A DNA stretch of 64,000 nucleotides. Source: an uncultured delta proteobacterium. Its GTDB lineage: Bacteria > Desulfobacterota > Binatia > Binatales > Binataceae. How positions within the stretch are numbered: position 1 is the first letter of the stretch; each line of letters opens with the position of its first letter. Of this stretch, positions 60,879-64,000 are shown one piece after another. A program made the translations under genes and the position numbers. The notes beneath the pieces were generated by a model. It ran no database searches. It was not told the DNA's origin and was given only the letters and a program-made list of their open reading frames with translations. The DNA lies in NCBI GenBank assembly GCA_963724765.1, contig CAVRVY010000003.1:800001-864000 (forward strand). The letters are read 5' to 3'.

Positions 60879-60907
60879 TTTACTTGACGGCCGTTTCGGA
60901 CTAGACT
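60879..60907 (+). promoter_or_regulatory. Candidate sigma70 promoter for gyrBA
   Basis: TTTACT-N17-TAGACT in an AT-rich gap. Confidence 0.4.
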
Positions 60908-60953
60908 GAATGCGTTAGAAAGACGTAACGGCATTTGATGAAAATTCCGTTGA

Positions 60954-63449
<2,496 letters not shown>

Positions 63450-63526
63450 CGCATCGTCCGCAAGAGTTCCGCGCCGCGCGAGAGGCGCCGTGTTACGAAA
63501 TATCCGTGCAAGAGGCCCGCGATTAA

Positions 63527-64000
<474 letters not shown>

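Overview
GC-rich bacterial chromosome. Gene content (DUF1329, many LLM oxidoreductases and class III CoA-transferases, SCP2, Pro-Arg-His-Lys tRNA operon) suggests a Binatota or Deltaproteobacteria-like soil organism; this is inference. Left part (1-18.6 kb): an ECF sigma/anti-sigma module whose promoter motif can be read upstream of three genes, CoA-transferase/monooxygenase genes, glgX, secreted proteins and a small catabolic cluster. Centre (20396-34957): a 14.6 kb island bounded by a perfect 45 bp duplication of the tRNA-Lys(CTT) 3' half. It looks like a phage satellite: primase-helicase split by a 5 bp duplication, 5'-truncated second beta-clamp, SSB-like protein, scaffold-like and TerS-like genes, two Xis-like HTH genes, and an RHH repressor with an operator array. 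I found no integrase. Its left end carries a stand-alone dNMP-kinase/Nudix fusion (candidate new anti-phage effector). Its right end carries a ~0.7 kb miniature element with an iteron array whose core equals the att core. Right part (34.9-64 kb): housekeeping genes (four tRNAs, rpoD, family B polymerase, two frameshifted ABC permeases, rarA, type II pantothenate kinase, BbsEF-like pair, lolC/E, selA, ribBX, dsbD, gyrB, start of gyrA). No CRISPR array or rRNA seen. All calls come from reading motifs by eye; no database search was run.
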